Source: Selaginella moellendorffii (Eukaryota; Plantae; Lycopodiophyta). Taken from it: DNA of 64,000 nt. The position numbers and the translations under genes are program-made. Shown here piece after piece: positions 63,558-64,000 of this stretch. Location of the stretch: NCBI RefSeq assembly GCF_000143415.4, contig NW_003314365.1, forward strand, positions 319,679 through 383,678, read 5' to 3'. Under the pieces are notes generated by a model. It did not search any database. It was not told the DNA's origin and saw only the letters and a program-made list of their open reading frames with translations. How positions within the stretch are numbered: the stretch's first letter is position 1; each line of letters begins with the position of its first letter.

Positions 63558-64000
63558 TGTAGCGCATGTGGTTTTTACCCTTTATCCTATGGTGATTTAC
63601 TATAGGATAATACCACGAAGCAGAACCTAAACCCTCTTTATGCCACGTGACAGATGCCACTTGTCATATGCCACATGTTCAAAGGACAGTGGTGCAGAAC
63701 CCGAGGTTCAAGGCCTTGGGCCACTGAACAAAGGAACGGTGCCAAACTCTCAAACATGAAGCCAAGGAGTGACGGAACCGTACCACAGAGCAACTCCTGA
63801 GCAAACAGCCCAAGGAGCGAAGGGATAGGAGCCCGGAGTGACTTGGAATAATCCTAGAGCAACTAACATCCCAATGCCAAGACCAGCACGCAAAACGGAG
63901 CCAAACGGAGTCTGGCGCTATTTCAGCATACCGGTGGCCTAACACGAGGACATGGTACTCCACCAGGTAGCATGGAATGAACTTGGCTTAGCCCAAGCCG
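63558..64000 (-). mobile_element. Family-B LTR end, running out of the window
   Basis: TGTAGCGCATGTGGTTTTTACCC matches 44175 onward; no adjacent PBS. Confidence 0.85.

Overview
Eukaryotic DNA, most likely from a compact-genome land plant with flagellated sperm (Selaginella-like; inferred from ~45-60 nt introns, an inner-arm dynein and plant-type LTR elements). Three ciliary genes are present: a 5'-truncated, many-intron inner-arm I1/f alpha dynein heavy chain (DNAH10/DHC1 type, <1-16221, +), a strongly diverged CFAP20/BUG22 paralogue tail-to-tail with it (-), and a CFAP157/BBOF1-family coiled-coil gene (55628-~57600, +). The rest is mostly nested, decayed transposons: non-coding Ty3/gypsy-like elements with satellite-bearing LTRs, a chromovirus with ~112-bp LTRs, a Helitron helicase remnant and a 100-N gap. 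The most unusual item is an intron-containing tyrosine-recombinase gene of Crypton/DUF3504 type (25221-27309, now pseudogenised). It is followed by 30-bp subterminal repeats and a loxP-like 9-8-9 inverted site exactly at its junction with flanking DNA. A complete Cassandra TRIM with 5S-rRNA-derived LTRs and a 5-bp TSD lies at 60578-61170. Coordinates were read by eye; TE boundaries are approximate unless stated.
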